DNA of 64,000 nucleotides from Alphaproteobacteria bacterium (GTDB lineage Bacteria; Pseudomonadota; Alphaproteobacteria; CAAGCB01; CAG-977): NCBI GenBank assembly GCA_900768845.1, contig CAAGEK010000024.1, positions 3,001 to 67,000 of the forward strand, read 5' to 3'. Shown piece by piece: positions 54,517 to 64,000 of this stretch (position 1 is its first letter; each line of letters starts with the position of its first letter). The notes under the pieces were generated by a model. It saw only the letters and a program-made list of their open reading frames with translations, ran no database searches and was not told where the DNA came from. The position numbers and the translations under genes were made by a program.

Positions 54517-57507
54517 ATGGCAGAAAACGAAAACGGGCAATCACCGGCTTCCACGAACCCCGCGCACCCTCCCGCCCGTCCGGTAACGAAAAAAGTCGTT
54601 GTCAAGCGGGTGAAAGTGCCGGTCGCCCGTCCGGCGGCGGCAAAACCCGCCCCCGTTCCCGCCGCTCCGGTTTCCGGTTCGACCGCGGAAGGGGAAAAGC
54701 CGGCGGTTCAGGTCGCCGCTTCCGAGCCGGTCGAATCCGCACCGGAAGAAAGCAATGCTCCGGCGGCCAAAGAGCCGGAATTGCCGCCCGAAGACAAATC
54801 CGAAGTCGTCGCTTCGCCCGTCGAAGCGGAAGAAATAGAAAAAGAGCCGCCCCGTAAACGCCGCCGCTCGGCTCAGCGTACTCCCGCCGTCGATCCTCGC
54901 GCCGAAAAAATCAAAGAAGCCAAGGAAAAGGCGAAAAAACTGGCGGGTAATCGCAATGTCCGTTTGGGCGTTGCGGGATTCGTCCTGCTGGTTGTCATTG
55001 TCAGCGTTTGGGCGTGGTTGCCGTCCTTGGCGGAAAATAAAATCCCCGAATTGTTGGAAAAGAACGGTGTGAAGCTGGCGGCTTTCCAAATCAAAGAGGT
55101 GACGACAAGTTCAATGGAGCTGACCGGTTTGAGGGATATGTCCGGAACGGCCAGCATTTCAAACGTCAAGGCTTCTTATTCTCTGACCGGTCTGATGTTT
55201 TCCAACCGAATCGACAGTCTGACGGTTTCCGGCGTGACGGTGACGGGCAAGAAAACGAATGAAGGCGTTTCATTCGGCGCGTTGTCCGGCGTCATGACCG
55301 CGCCGATGCAGGTGTCCAAAGACAATCCGATGACCATTGACAAGATAAGCGTGTCCGGCCAATTCATACTGGAGGAGGATCTGCCCGAAGAAGCTCCGGC
55401 CGCGTCCGAAGAGGCCGCTGTTGCGGAAGAAGTCCCCCCTGAAGGGGCGGAAGCCGAGGAAGAGGAGCCCGAAGGCCCCTTCACGGTCAATTTTTCGGCC
55501 AACGGGTCTTGGAAACCGGCGGGGTTGAACCTGAATCTGTCGACGGATGTGGAAAACAAACAGCTGGTGTTGAGGGCGCAGGGATCGTTCTTTAAATCTC
55601 CCGCTTCTTCAGAAATCAAGGCGGAAGTCACCGAAGGCGACGTTAAAGAAAAAGAGGAAACCGTCGGATCCGTTACGGGAACGTTCGAGCTGGCCGTTCA
55701 AAACGGCGCGTTGCAGAAAGGAATGGCGGACATGGTTGTCGCGACTCCGGTGCAGGACGTGTCCGTCAAAGCGGATATCGCGCCCGCCGAGGACGCCGAA
55801 GGCTTTAACATGGAAATCGCTCTGAACCGTTCCTTTAAAAATCCCAAAGACGGGTACGGCAAGTTCGCCGGCGATTTGAAAATGCACGCCAAGGGCTTGA
55901 AAATGTCGGGAAATCTGCAGAAATTTGAAGGTTCGGTGCCTTTGTCACTGGAATCCGATTCCCTGACGACGGGCAATCTTGCTCTGAGAAACCTGAAAAC
56001 CTCGGCGGATTTTTCCCTGTCGTGCGATACGGGCGCGTGTTCGTATGTCCTGTCGAAACCGTGGAAGACGGATTTGGGATTTTTGTCTTATGCCGGACGG
56101 TTCAGGCAGTTCAAAACGTATGATGCGTTGTCGTTGACCGTCAATGCGGCGAAAGAACCTTTCCTGACTTCCAAAGGGGTGGATTTGGCGTTTCGTCTGC
56201 CGTTGTCCGGATTCGTGGCCAAGATGCTGGTTACGGACAGGACGGGAAGCACCCAGACGGTCGCCGCCGTCAACGGTGCAAAGGCCGCGATCAATTATAA
56301 TCCGTTCGCGGGCACGTTTTCGGGGCGTATGGCGTTCGCGCAATCGGGATATGCCGACCGGAAGATCCGTTTGACAAACGCTCAGGGGATGTTGTCTTTC
56401 GACCATGCAAACCTGCCGGCTTTGGATGTGAAAGTGGGATCTGCGGCGTTGGTGAAGCAGGGGATTTTGCCCGTGATGGCGGGTGAATTGCGTTTGAAAC
56501 CGATGAAGGGGGCGGAATACGGCGTCGATTTGTCGGTCAGGACGCAAAACGGTTTGGTCGGCGCAACGGCGCAGGGAAGTTACATTCTGCCTTCCAACGA
56601 ATGGAGTTTGCTGGTCGACGTTCCCGAACAGGCGTTTTCCGACAGCGGTTTGAAGCTGTCCGAAATTTTCCCGTCCCTTGCCGGATCTTTTGTCAAAGAA
56701 CCTTCCGGCTCGCTCGCTTTGAAAGGGCGCGTGGCCGTCAAAGACGGAAAAGTTCTGGGGCCCGTGAAGCTGTCGTTGCGCGATGTCTCCGTCCAATGGG
56801 GTAAGATCAACGCCGAACATATGAACGGCGTTCTGGAGATTAACAGCCTGTATCCGTTTGAAACGGCGGCGAATCAACAGTTGTTCGTCGGAACGCTGAA
56901 TTTCGGCATTCCGTTCAAAAACGCGCTGTTCAGCTTTAAAGTCGATCCAACGGCCGGCGTTCATGTGGATTCGTTGAAAATGGCGTATGCGGACGGCCAA
57001 TTCAAAAACATCAAGGCCTTTTCGGTTCCCTTCAACGGTGCGCCTTCTTCGGTTTATCTGGAAGGTCGCGGCATCAATTTGGAATTTCTGTCGCGGAATT
57101 TCAAACAGCCGTATTTGAAAACGGAAGGTTTCGTCGATTCCGAATGGAAGCTGTCCTTGAAAGACGGCGCGGTTTTCGTCGAAAGTGCGCGGTTCCAGAC
57201 AAAGTTGGCGGGATTGTTGGAATTTGACGTTCCTTCGTCCGTCGATTTGCAAATGGATAAAAATATCCGCTCTTTCTTGAAAAACGTCATTGTCAAGGAT
57301 TTGCTCTTTGCCATGAAAGGGCCGATGGACGGCGTGATGAATTTCAAACTGGGGATTGAAGGGCGTTCTCCGTTGGATGAAACGGAAACGAACGAAGAAG
57401 TGTCTTTGAGCTTTACCGGATCGTTGGCGAACTTCCTGAACCAGACGGGTGCGCCTTTTGAAGTGCCTTCGGACATTCAGTTGTCGTTGCAAAACTTTAA
57501 CAAGTAG
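54517..57507 (+). CDS. AsmA-family / YdbH-like large envelope protein with a disordered Pro/Ala-rich cytoplasmic N-terminus
   Basis: About 996 aa from ATG 54517 (AGAGG ribosome-binding site). About 150 aa of PA-rich low complexity, a single TM helix (LGVAGFVLLVVIVSVWAWL), then about 800 aa of beta-rich repetitive sequence typical of AsmA-like intermembrane proteins. Confidence 0.55.
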   Translation: MAENENGQSPASTNPAHPPARPVTKKVVVKRVKVPVARPAAAKPAPVPAAPVSGSTAEGEKPAVQVAASEPVESAPEESNAPAAKEPELPPEDKSEVVASPVEAEEIEKEPPRKRRRSAQRTPAVDPRAEKIKEAKEKAKKLAGNRNVRLGVAGFVLLVVIVSVWAWLPSLAENKIPELLEKNGVKLAAFQIKEVTTSSMELTGLRDMSGTASISNVKASYSLTGLMFSNRIDSLTVSGVTVTGKKTNEGVSFGALSGVMTAPMQVSKDNPMTIDKISVSGQFILEEDLPEEAPAASEEAAVAEEVPPEGAEAEEEEPEGPFTVNFSANGSWKPAGLNLNLSTDVENKQLVLRAQGSFFKSPASSEIKAEVTEGDVKEKEETVGSVTGTFELAVQNGALQKGMADMVVATPVQDVSVKADIAPAEDAEGFNMEIALNRSFKNPKDGYGKFAGDLKMHAKGLKMSGNLQKFEGSVPLSLESDSLTTGNLALRNLKTSADFSLSCDTGACSYVLSKPWKTDLGFLSYAGRFRQFKTYDALSLTVNAAKEPFLTSKGVDLAFRLPLSGFVAKMLVTDRTGSTQTVAAVNGAKAAINYNPFAGTFSGRMAFAQSGYADRKIRLTNAQGMLSFDHANLPALDVKVGSAALVKQGILPVMAGELRLKPMKGAEYGVDLSVRTQNGLVGATAQGSYILPSNEWSLLVDVPEQAFSDSGLKLSEIFPSLAGSFVKEPSGSLALKGRVAVKDGKVLGPVKLSLRDVSVQWGKINAEHMNGVLEINSLYPFETAANQQLFVGTLNFGIPFKNALFSFKVDPTAGVHVDSLKMAYADGQFKNIKAFSVPFNGAPSSVYLEGRGINLEFLSRNFKQPYLKTEGFVDSEWKLSLKDGAVFVESARFQTKLAGLLEFDVPSSVDLQMDKNIRSFLKNVIVKDLLFAMKGPMDGVMNFKLGIEGRSPLDETETNEEVSLSFTGSLANFLNQTGAPFEVPSDIQLSLQNFNK

Positions 57508-57513
57508 GGATGC

Positions 57514-59190
57514 ATGAAATTCGGCGAATTTCCGCTTTATGATGCGACGGGCGTCGAATTGGCGCATGATTTGGCGTGCGGTTCGCGGGTGTTGCCCGCC
57601 GGACATATCATTACCGCGGACGACGTCCGTCTGTTGCGTCAGGCGGAGATCAAATCGGTCGTCGGAACCGTTTTTTCCGCCGAAGATTTGCGACCGGACA
57701 TAGTGTGCGACATTCTGCTCAAAGACATTGTCGGCGATCATTTGCGTTATACGTTGCCGGAAAACGGTTGCAGTGACATTTACGCCAATGCGGACGGCGT
57801 GTTTATCGGAATGCCCGAACGGTTGTTGCGGTTCAATTCCCATAACGAAAATATGGCGTTGTCGTCGTTACTGCCTTATACGCCCGTTTATAAAAACCAG
57901 CTGGTCGCATCGTTGCGCCTGATGGGCTCCGCTTTTGACGTGGAAACGGTGAACGAAGCCGTCGCCAAAATCACGGGGCAGGGGGCTTTGTTGAAAATAG
58001 CTCCGTATGCGTTTTGCAAAATGGTGTTTATCCGCACGGTGATGCGTGAAGACGAAGAAACGGAAAGTCCGCAGGACGTTCAAAAACGGTATGGCGTGTA
58101 CGGTTTTGACGTTGTGCGCCATACGGTGTGCCTCCATACGCGTGAAGCCGTTTCAAACGAAATCGAAAAAGCCGTCGAAGACGGGGCGGACGCCGTTTTT
58201 ATCGAAAGTTCGTCGGCTCCGTTGAATCGCGGGGATATTGTCCCTGCGGCCTTTAAATCGGCGGGAGCGAATTTGGATCGTTTGGGGTGGTGCGCCGATC
58301 CCGCCGTGTCCGCCGCGGTCGGGCATAAAAACGATACGAAAATCGCCGCGTTCCGGACGGCGGATTTCCCTTTGCCGTCCGTTGACAGGCTGTGTCGTTA
58401 TATTGCGACGAAATCGTTGCCGTCGCCGGACGTTTTCCCGTCTTTGGCAACGGGAACGATGTCTTTGGAACGTTTAATCAAATTTTTAAGTCCCGAAGAG
58501 GAAGCGAAAACGGTCGCCGTCGAAGCGTTGAGCAACAGATCGAAGGTGGCTGTCGTCGTTTTGGCGGCGGGGGCGTCCAAACGGATGATCGGTTCGAACA
58601 AGCTGTTGGAAAACATTCAAGGCGTTCCGATGGTTGAACGCGCCGTACAGTCGGCGTTGCTGTCGAAAGCGGATTTTGTGGCCGTTGTGACGGGGTATGA
58701 CGCCAAATTCATTGAACGCAGACTGACAAAGTACGATGTAAAAATCGTCCGGAACGCGGATTATGCTTCGGGCGTTTTAAATTCAATCCGTCTGGGGTTG
58801 TCCGTGTTGCCGCCCGACGTTGCCGCCGCGGTTGTCTTGCCGGCGGATATGCCCGCTTTCACCGAACAATATATTGACCGTTTGATTGACCTGTTTGATC
58901 CGAAAGCCGAAAGAAAGGCCGTTTGTCTGCCTTCGTTCAAAGGAGTGCGTCACAATCCCGTTTTATGGCCGCGTGAATTGTTCAAAGTGGTGAAAATCGT
59001 TCCGGAAGACGCCCACTGGATGCCGGCTTTGGTGGAACATTCCGATTATATTGCCGAGTTGAAGCTGGAAGACGATCTGCCTTTGTCGGATATTAATACG
59101 CATGGCGATTTATCCTTGTTTCTGGCACGGGCGGGCATCGTTTCCGATGCGGAGGAAGCGTTGGCGGAATTGGAAGCGTCGTTGCGCTAG
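57514..59190 (+). CDS. Two-domain protein with an N-terminal domain of unknown function and a C-terminal MobA/MocA-like nucleotidyltransferase (molybdenum-cofactor nucleotidylyltransferase family)
   Basis: 558 aa. The C-terminal half carries VAVVVLAAGASKRMIGSNKLL (GT-A NTP-transferase P-loop as in MobA/MocA) and an LPADMP motif. Confidence 0.55.
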   Translation: MKFGEFPLYDATGVELAHDLACGSRVLPAGHIITADDVRLLRQAEIKSVVGTVFSAEDLRPDIVCDILLKDIVGDHLRYTLPENGCSDIYANADGVFIGMPERLLRFNSHNENMALSSLLPYTPVYKNQLVASLRLMGSAFDVETVNEAVAKITGQGALLKIAPYAFCKMVFIRTVMREDEETESPQDVQKRYGVYGFDVVRHTVCLHTREAVSNEIEKAVEDGADAVFIESSSAPLNRGDIVPAAFKSAGANLDRLGWCADPAVSAAVGHKNDTKIAAFRTADFPLPSVDRLCRYIATKSLPSPDVFPSLATGTMSLERLIKFLSPEEEAKTVAVEALSNRSKVAVVVLAAGASKRMIGSNKLLENIQGVPMVERAVQSALLSKADFVAVVTGYDAKFIERRLTKYDVKIVRNADYASGVLNSIRLGLSVLPPDVAAAVVLPADMPAFTEQYIDRLIDLFDPKAERKAVCLPSFKGVRHNPVLWPRELFKVVKIVPEDAHWMPALVEHSDYIAELKLEDDLPLSDINTHGDLSLFLARAGIVSDAEEALAELEASLR

Positions 59191-59623
59191 GCCGTCGCCG
59201 GATCCGGAGTTTCCCATACAAAAAACTGCCCCCTCCCTCGTAAAACGCGGGGTTCTTTCTTGACGGGCATAACCCTCTATACCTAAACGGCGTTTTGTTC
59301 GCGCCGGTGCGGGCAATTCGTTACGGATTTCCCGTAAACGCGTCTGATATGTCCGGCGTCGGCTGATCTGATGCGGCGGATTCTTACAAATGTCGGATAT
59401 ATTCGCTTATCTTCTTCGGATTTTTTCCGACCGTATCCCCATAATATGTTACATAGATCAGAAGACGGCTTTTCCTTTTCGGAAAGCCCGTAAATCCGGA
59501 CACGCTTCCGGAGCATTTACCCCTTTGACTTCAATGCCCGTCGGTTCACCGGAGCTGTAACAAAGGAGTTCTTTTCTGCGCATGGCTGTAAGCCTTTTTG
59601 AACCACGCGCACGGGGGCGGATT

Positions 59624-59658
59624 ACAAAAAAAGCCCTTTGCCTTTTGCAAAGGGCTTA
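59624..59658 (-). terminator. Strong rho-independent terminator (minus strand)
   Basis: Minus-strand AGCCCTTTGCAAAAGGCAAAGGGCT hairpin followed by a U8 run, immediately downstream of the small RHH-like ORF. Confidence 0.6.
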
Positions 59659-59674
59659 CCCTTAACAGAGATTG

Positions 59675-59896
59675 TTAATCGGTGACACGGATTTGGAAAT
59701 GTTCGCGCTCATCATTGTCCAGCATCGAAACGGCCGAACAATAATCGGCCCACGCTTCAACCGAATCATTCAGGCGGTTCATAATGAACGTTTCCAATGT
59801 TTCTCCCGCCAGCTGAGCCTGAGTTTGGATTTTTTCGTACAAAGAAATTTCCAGAGTCAGAGGGACGACTTTGCTTTGAGATGAAGTAAGACCCAT
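59675..59896 (-). CDS. Small ribbon-helix-helix-like protein (possible antitoxin/regulator)
   Basis: 73 aa. The beta-strand + helix pattern VPLTLEISLYEKIQTQAQLAGETLETFIMNRL is typical of RHH/CopG N-termini. The gene ends at the strong terminator. Confidence 0.45.
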   Translation of the reverse strand: MGLTSSQSKVVPLTLEISLYEKIQTQAQLAGETLETFIMNRLNDSVEAWADYCSAVSMLDNDEREHFQIRVTD

Positions 59897-60266
59897 GATG
59901 AAATCCTTTATAAAAACTTAACTCTTTAATCAATATATATACGGGCGAATCGGTAAAGCCAGCAAAAAATATAAAAAAACGAACAAATATTCCTTCGTCG
60001 GCGAAAAAACTTATGAAACCCCGCGGAAAATAAGCATTTTTTAAACATTTGCCGTTTTTGCCGAGTCGCCGGAATTTTTTATGGAAAAAACGAACATAAA
60101 CGGAACATTTCGCATATTTAAACCGATGATTCACCCTTTGGAAGGATTGCGCGTAAAAATGGTTTCGTTTTCCGGATGACGACATTTCGTTTTATAAGGA
60201 TGAAAAGATATGAAAAAGCCCCTGTTTTACCGTCAGGGGCTTTGTCGGTTTTATGAAACGGCAAGG

Positions 60267-60998
60267 TTATTGCGCCGTGCTTTCTTGCGGTGCGGGCGTT
60301 GCCGTTTCTTCCGTCATTGCACGGTGGTGCGGGCGTTTCCGGCGATGTTTGTCGAATTTGCCTTCCGGACGGCCGGCGGGACAATCCATTCCGTCGGGAG
60401 CGTCCCTCATGCACGGCGGGACTTCGTTATGGTGAAACGGCCGGCGGTGGCGGCGGGCATAAGGCATTCCCTCCGGCGGCGGCATGATCGCCCCGCGGTG
60501 TTCGCCTCTGCGGTGGAAAAAACGGCCTTTATCCGCTTTTTTCCCGAATTGAGGGCCTTTTTCAAAATTGTCGGCAAAGGCGGCGCGTTCTTCGGGCGTC
60601 ATTTCCGATAAAATGGAGAACATATTGTCTTGGACGGATTGATCAATCCGGCGGCGGACTTCGGAAGCCTCTTCCAACGCTTTTTTCAAAGCATCCGGAT
60701 CGAACGGGTCTTTGCGCAACGCTTCGACGACGTTTTGCTTTGAAATTTTCATCGGTTGGCGGGCTTCATCCATCGCTTTTTTAAAAGAGGCGAAAAAGAC
60801 GTTCCCTTGACGGTTTCCCTCGTCGGGGCGAGCTTCCGCAACAGGGGGCGGAGGCAGGTCGTCGGGGCGGAAGTGGAAACGCTTTTCGGGAAAAGCGGGG
60901 AAGGGCGGTTCAAAAATCGCACGCGAAACTTCAAATCCGATAAACAGAAAGTTCAACGCCAAAGACACGCCCAGTACTATCATCAATTTTTTACTCAT
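60267..60998 (-). CDS. Periplasmic Spy/CpxP-like (LTxxQ-type) stress protein with a His/Arg-rich tail
   Basis: 243 aa from ATG 60998. Signal/anchor MSKKLMIVLGVSLALNFLFIGF, an MTPEERAAF LTxxQ-like motif, and a C-terminal H/R/P-rich region. Last gene of the ECF sigma operon. Confidence 0.5.
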   Translation of the reverse strand: MSKKLMIVLGVSLALNFLFIGFEVSRAIFEPPFPAFPEKRFHFRPDDLPPPPVAEARPDEGNRQGNVFFASFKKAMDEARQPMKISKQNVVEALRKDPFDPDALKKALEEASEVRRRIDQSVQDNMFSILSEMTPEERAAFADNFEKGPQFGKKADKGRFFHRRGEHRGAIMPPPEGMPYARRHRRPFHHNEVPPCMRDAPDGMDCPAGRPEGKFDKHRRKRPHHRAMTEETATPAPQESTAQ

Positions 60999-61023
60999 GG
61001 GTACAGCTCCGTTGTCAACAAGG

Positions 61024-61380
61024 TTACACATCAAACATATCGTTAAAATACTCTGCGGTGGCGGCGTAGGCTTCCCGTGATTCAACGTAACCGAAATAGA
61101 AACCGCATATCGCCATTATCAGGCAAAGCCATGCGGAACGTTTTACAAACACGAACAACATCCGCATATTTTGTTCCGTCACAATCGTTTTCATTAGCCG
61201 GTCGGCCAATGTCCGGTCAAACGGCGGTTCGTACAGGTCAAGCGCGTCGTCCAAAGCCTGTTCTTCTGCAAAAACCGCGGCAAAAGCCCCGTTTAACTTT
61301 TCCGTTCCGTCAAGCCCGTTCAAAAAAGGGCGTGATCCGTACGTTTGAACCGTTTGTTTAAAGGTTTGAAAGTCCGTCAT
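61024..61380 (-). CDS. Anti-sigma factor (single-pass membrane protein)
   Basis: 118 aa. The ATG overlaps the sigma-factor stop (ATGA). A C-terminal TM helix SAWLCLIMAICGFYFGYV. A position typical of a cognate anti-sigma. Confidence 0.5.
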   Translation of the reverse strand: MTDFQTFKQTVQTYGSRPFLNGLDGTEKLNGAFAAVFAEEQALDDALDLYEPPFDRTLADRLMKTIVTEQNMRMLFVFVKRSAWLCLIMAICGFYFGYVESREAYAATAEYFNDMFDV

Positions 61381-61925
61381 GCCGTTTCCTTTCTGTCGGA
61401 AAGCTTGTCTTTTAACGTTTGGCGCGCCCGAAACAGCAAAGATTCCAGTGCCTTGACGGAAATTGACAGGACGTCCGCCGCCTCGCTGTTTTTCAGCCCT
61501 TGGTGATAGCACAGAACCAAAGCCTCCTTTTGCCGGTCGGGAAGAGCGTTGATCGCTTGCGCTATCCGGACGGATTCCTCCCGATGCATCAAGGTCTGTT
61601 CCGCCGACGGTTCGCCGGAGGCCGTTTCGGGAATGTCGTTTTCCGTCGGACGCGTGCGCCTGAGCGAGTCAATATAGCCGTTATATAAAATCCGGTACAG
61701 CCATGTCGACAGCTTCGCATCGGGCGACCATCGTTCCGCGTGCCGCCAAACTTTGAAAAAAACGTCCTGAGTCAAATCTTCCGCATCGCTTTTGTCGGAC
61801 GACAGCCGCCACGCACAGGCGTAGATTTTTTGGCTGTAACGTTCCAGCAAAATCCGGAAAGCTTCTCCGTCTTTCGCCGCTATTCTTTTCATCAACGCTT
61901 CGTCCGTCAATTCGTTTCGGGGCAT
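61377..61925 (-). CDS. ECF (sigma-70 family, group 4) RNA polymerase sigma factor
   Basis: 182 aa from ATG 61925. Region 2 (DLTQDVFFKVWRHAERW...STWLYRILYNGYIDSLR) and region 4 HTH (RQKEALVLCYHQGLKNSEAADVLSISVKALESLLFRARQTLK). Confidence 0.85.
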   Translation of the reverse strand: MPRNELTDEALMKRIAAKDGEAFRILLERYSQKIYACAWRLSSDKSDAEDLTQDVFFKVWRHAERWSPDAKLSTWLYRILYNGYIDSLRRTRPTENDIPETASGEPSAEQTLMHREESVRIAQAINALPDRQKEALVLCYHQGLKNSEAADVLSISVKALESLLFRARQTLKDKLSDRKETA

Positions 61926-62040
61926 TGTTTCAAGCTCTTTTTCAAAGTTTACGGTTCTGTAACGGAACGAAGGGGAAAAAACCTTCGCTGTTTTTAAAAA
62001 AAAATCCCCCGTTGCCGTGAACGGGGGGATTAAAGCGGCG

Positions 62041-62934
62041 TTATTCGCCTTTGGGAGCAAAAAATAAATCGTAAGCGTTTTGGTAAAACAGCTTTTGCAT
62101 GATTTCGTCGGCGTCGTCTTCAAAAGCTTCCCGAATGGCGGATTTGACTTCGCCGACCCGACGCGGATAATATGACGGATCGCCGAAGGGGCCCAGAGGA
62201 ATATCCGTCCCCCACAGCAAATGCGTCAGGATTTCTTCGTCGATCATCTTTAAAATATTGGCCAAAGTGCCGGGGGACAACCATGAAACGTCGGCGTACA
62301 GGTTGGCCGTTCCGGAACGCAGGGCGGCGGTCAGCAGTCCCAGCGTAAAGTAATGGTTCGCATCGTCACCCATCCCCAAATGAGCCATGATGACGGGGAC
62401 GTCGGGGAATTTTTGCGCCGTTTCGTAAATGTAAACGGGGCTTGACCAGTTGTCCTGAGAATGGAACTGGACGGGCAGGCCGTATTCTTCGGCGACGGCC
62501 ATATACGGTTCGTACAGCGGATCGTTCGCATCCAGCATCAATGTATTGGGATGCATTTTAATGCCGTAGATTTCATCGCCGCGTTCTTCTATCAGGTTGA
62601 CCAGATTTTCGGCGTCGCCGTACCCCGGCTGGCCGATAATCAAGGTTTTCAATTTCGGGTTTTCGGCGCAGATGTCCAGCATTTCCGTATTGCACTCGAT
62701 TTCGTCCAGACTGGGCGAACCGTCAGGATCGGTGTCAAGTCCGCTCATGTTGGAAACCATAACGGCGACGACTTCGTTTTCCTCGTCTTCACCGCAAACG
62801 GAAACGGTAAACGGATCTTGAAGGGCGTCTTGGATGACTTCTTCGGTAAAATCGACGTTATCTGCGCTCCAATGGCCGATATGCGCGTGCGTTTCGATGA
62901 TTTTTCCGTATGTTTCTTCCTGTTCACCGGTCAT
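62041..62934 (-). CDS. Amidohydrolase-2-family (TIM-barrel metal-dependent hydrolase) protein
   Basis: 297 aa from ATG 62934. The N-terminal HAH motif (IIETHAHIGHW) and downstream His/Asp ligands (MAHLGMG..., WGTDIP). Confidence 0.7.
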   Translation of the reverse strand: MTGEQEETYGKIIETHAHIGHWSADNVDFTEEVIQDALQDPFTVSVCGEDEENEVVAVMVSNMSGLDTDPDGSPSLDEIECNTEMLDICAENPKLKTLIIGQPGYGDAENLVNLIEERGDEIYGIKMHPNTLMLDANDPLYEPYMAVAEEYGLPVQFHSQDNWSSPVYIYETAQKFPDVPVIMAHLGMGDDANHYFTLGLLTAALRSGTANLYADVSWLSPGTLANILKMIDEEILTHLLWGTDIPLGPFGDPSYYPRRVGEVKSAIREAFEDDADEIMQKLFYQNAYDLFFAPKGE

Positions 62935-63043
62935 GTTAAAGCTCCTTATTCCCTTTAGAATCAAAGGGAAAGCCTTTCCCTTTGAACGGTTCTGTTTTAC
63001 CGCCCTTCATATAGTCGGTCAAGTGACAAATCACAAGGGAAGG

Positions 63044-63766
63044 CTATAAAATTTTACTTAAAAACTCTTTGGCGCGTTCCGTTCGGGGACGGGTGAAAAA
63101 ATCGGACGGAGGAGCGTCTTCGATCACGGTTCCGCCGTCCATGAACACGATGCGGCCGGCGACTTCTCTGGCAAAATTCATTTCGTGCGTGACAATCATC
63201 ATGGTCATACCGTTTGCCGCCAATTCGCGAATGACGTTCAACACTTCTTTGACCATTTCGGGATCCAACGCGCTGGTCGGTTCGTCGAACAGCATGGCTT
63301 CGGGCGACATGCATAACGCTCTGGCGATGGCGACGCGCTGTTTTTGTCCGCCCGACAGGTTGCGCGGATAGCATCCCGCCTTGTCTTTCAGTCCGACCCG
63401 TTCCAGTAATGTCAAGGCGCGTTCTTCCGCGCTTTCCCTGTCCGCCAGCTTTGTCAGGACGGGAGCCAAAGTCAGGTTTTCCAAAACGGTTTTATTGGAA
63501 AACAGGTTGAAGTGCTGAAACACCATGCCGACTTTGCGGCGCAGGGCGGAAAGGTCGGCGTTCAAAGCGGTGATTTCTTCGTCTTTAATGAAAATCCGTC
63601 CCCGTGTCGGTTCGATCAAACGGTTGACGCAATGCAACAGCGTGCTTTTCCCCGATCCCGAGGGGCCTAAAACGCACACGACTTCTTTGGGACGGACGTG
63701 CAGATCAACCCCGTTCAAAATGCGATTGTCACCGAAATGTTTATGCAGGTTTTCAATTCTGATCAT
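63044..63766 (-). CDS. Amino-acid ABC transporter ATP-binding protein (GlnQ/ArtP/HisP type)
   Basis: 240 aa from ATG 63766. Walker A (GPSGSGKST), signature LSGGQKQRVAIARAL, Walker B (MLFDEPTSALD). It abuts the permease stop. Confidence 0.9.
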   Translation of the reverse strand: MIRIENLHKHFGDNRILNGVDLHVRPKEVVCVLGPSGSGKSTLLHCVNRLIEPTRGRIFIKDEEITALNADLSALRRKVGMVFQHFNLFSNKTVLENLTLAPVLTKLADRESAEERALTLLERVGLKDKAGCYPRNLSGGQKQRVAIARALCMSPEAMLFDEPTSALDPEMVKEVLNVIRELAANGMTMMIVTHEMNFAREVAGRIVFMDGGTVIEDAPPSDFFTRPRTERAKEFLSKIL

Positions 63767-64000
63767 TGGCGGCTCCATTGGCGTTCGATGCATTGCAGGA
63801 TTTGGGACAGTGTGACGGTCAGAATCAGATAGATGGCGGCGACGGTGAACAAGGGCACGACCGCGTCATACGTTTTGGAACGCAAGATGTCTCCCGCACG
63901 CATCAAATCGACGCCGCCGATAAAGCCGACGACCGAAGTTTCTTTGATTAAAACGATAAATTCGTTGCCCAATGCCGGCAGAATTTTCTTGAACGCCTGA
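63763..64000 (-). CDS. Amino-acid ABC transporter permease, C-terminal part (start beyond the window)
   Basis: C-terminal permease sequence ...KTYDAVVPLFTVAAIYLILTVTLSQILQCIERQWSRQ. The open frame continues to the window end. Confidence 0.7.
   Translation of the reverse strand, partial: QAFKKILPALGNEFIVLIKETSVVGFIGGVDLMRAGDILRSKTYDAVVPLFTVAAIYLILTVTLSQILQCIERQWSRQ

Noticed and set aside
55945-57843. 632-aa minus-strand ORF
   Set aside because: Antisense to the AsmA-like gene and the MocA-fusion start. R/Q/F-rich with no motifs.

Overview
The window is 64 kb of a Gram-negative (proteobacterial) chromosome, about 50% GC, with several low-GC accessory inserts. Housekeeping genes are prfC, malQ, mnmA, recQ, tldD, a 6-phosphofructokinase, two tRNAs (Lys-TTT and Pro-TGG, both minus strand), an ECF sigma/anti-sigma operon and the end of an amino-acid ABC transporter. 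The phosphofructokinase, a HydE-like radical SAM gene and a 1405-aa CoA-activase/dehydratase fusion argue against Neisseria proper; I found no Neisseria DNA-uptake sequence.

Accessory content, in order:
1. About 7.7-19.0 kb: a complete type I restriction-modification locus with defence and toxin genes embedded in it. It runs short hsdS - hsdM - RhuM - RhuM/Doc fusion - AT-rich coiled-coil two-TM protein - full hsdS - Abi_2 - hsdR - YgjP/DUF45.
2. About 19.4-22.8 kb: an orphan HlyB/HlyD type I secretion pair with no RTX toxin, acyltransferase or TolC nearby, followed by an AT-rich three-gene insert (23.0-25.2 kb) that includes a DUF1311 + ankyrin lipoprotein.
3. Three paralogous proteins sharing an HExxH...(R)A(M/L)EADAxAH(E/Q) zincin-like motif, at 486-1403, 35623-37992 and 38005-38916. 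The largest has a G6 tract in its ribosome-binding site.
4. A 150-bp-period direct repeat in the convergent intergenic region at 38.98-39.24 kb.
5. A low-GC island next to tRNA-Pro (47.5-51.9 kb) with an IS transposase remnant.
6. An orphan Panacea-domain antitoxin-like gene.
7. A frameshifted Tat-signal flavoprotein pseudogene.

The candidate I rank highest for novelty is the unannotatable coiled-coil/two-TM gene (11633-12991) inside the restriction-modification defence island.
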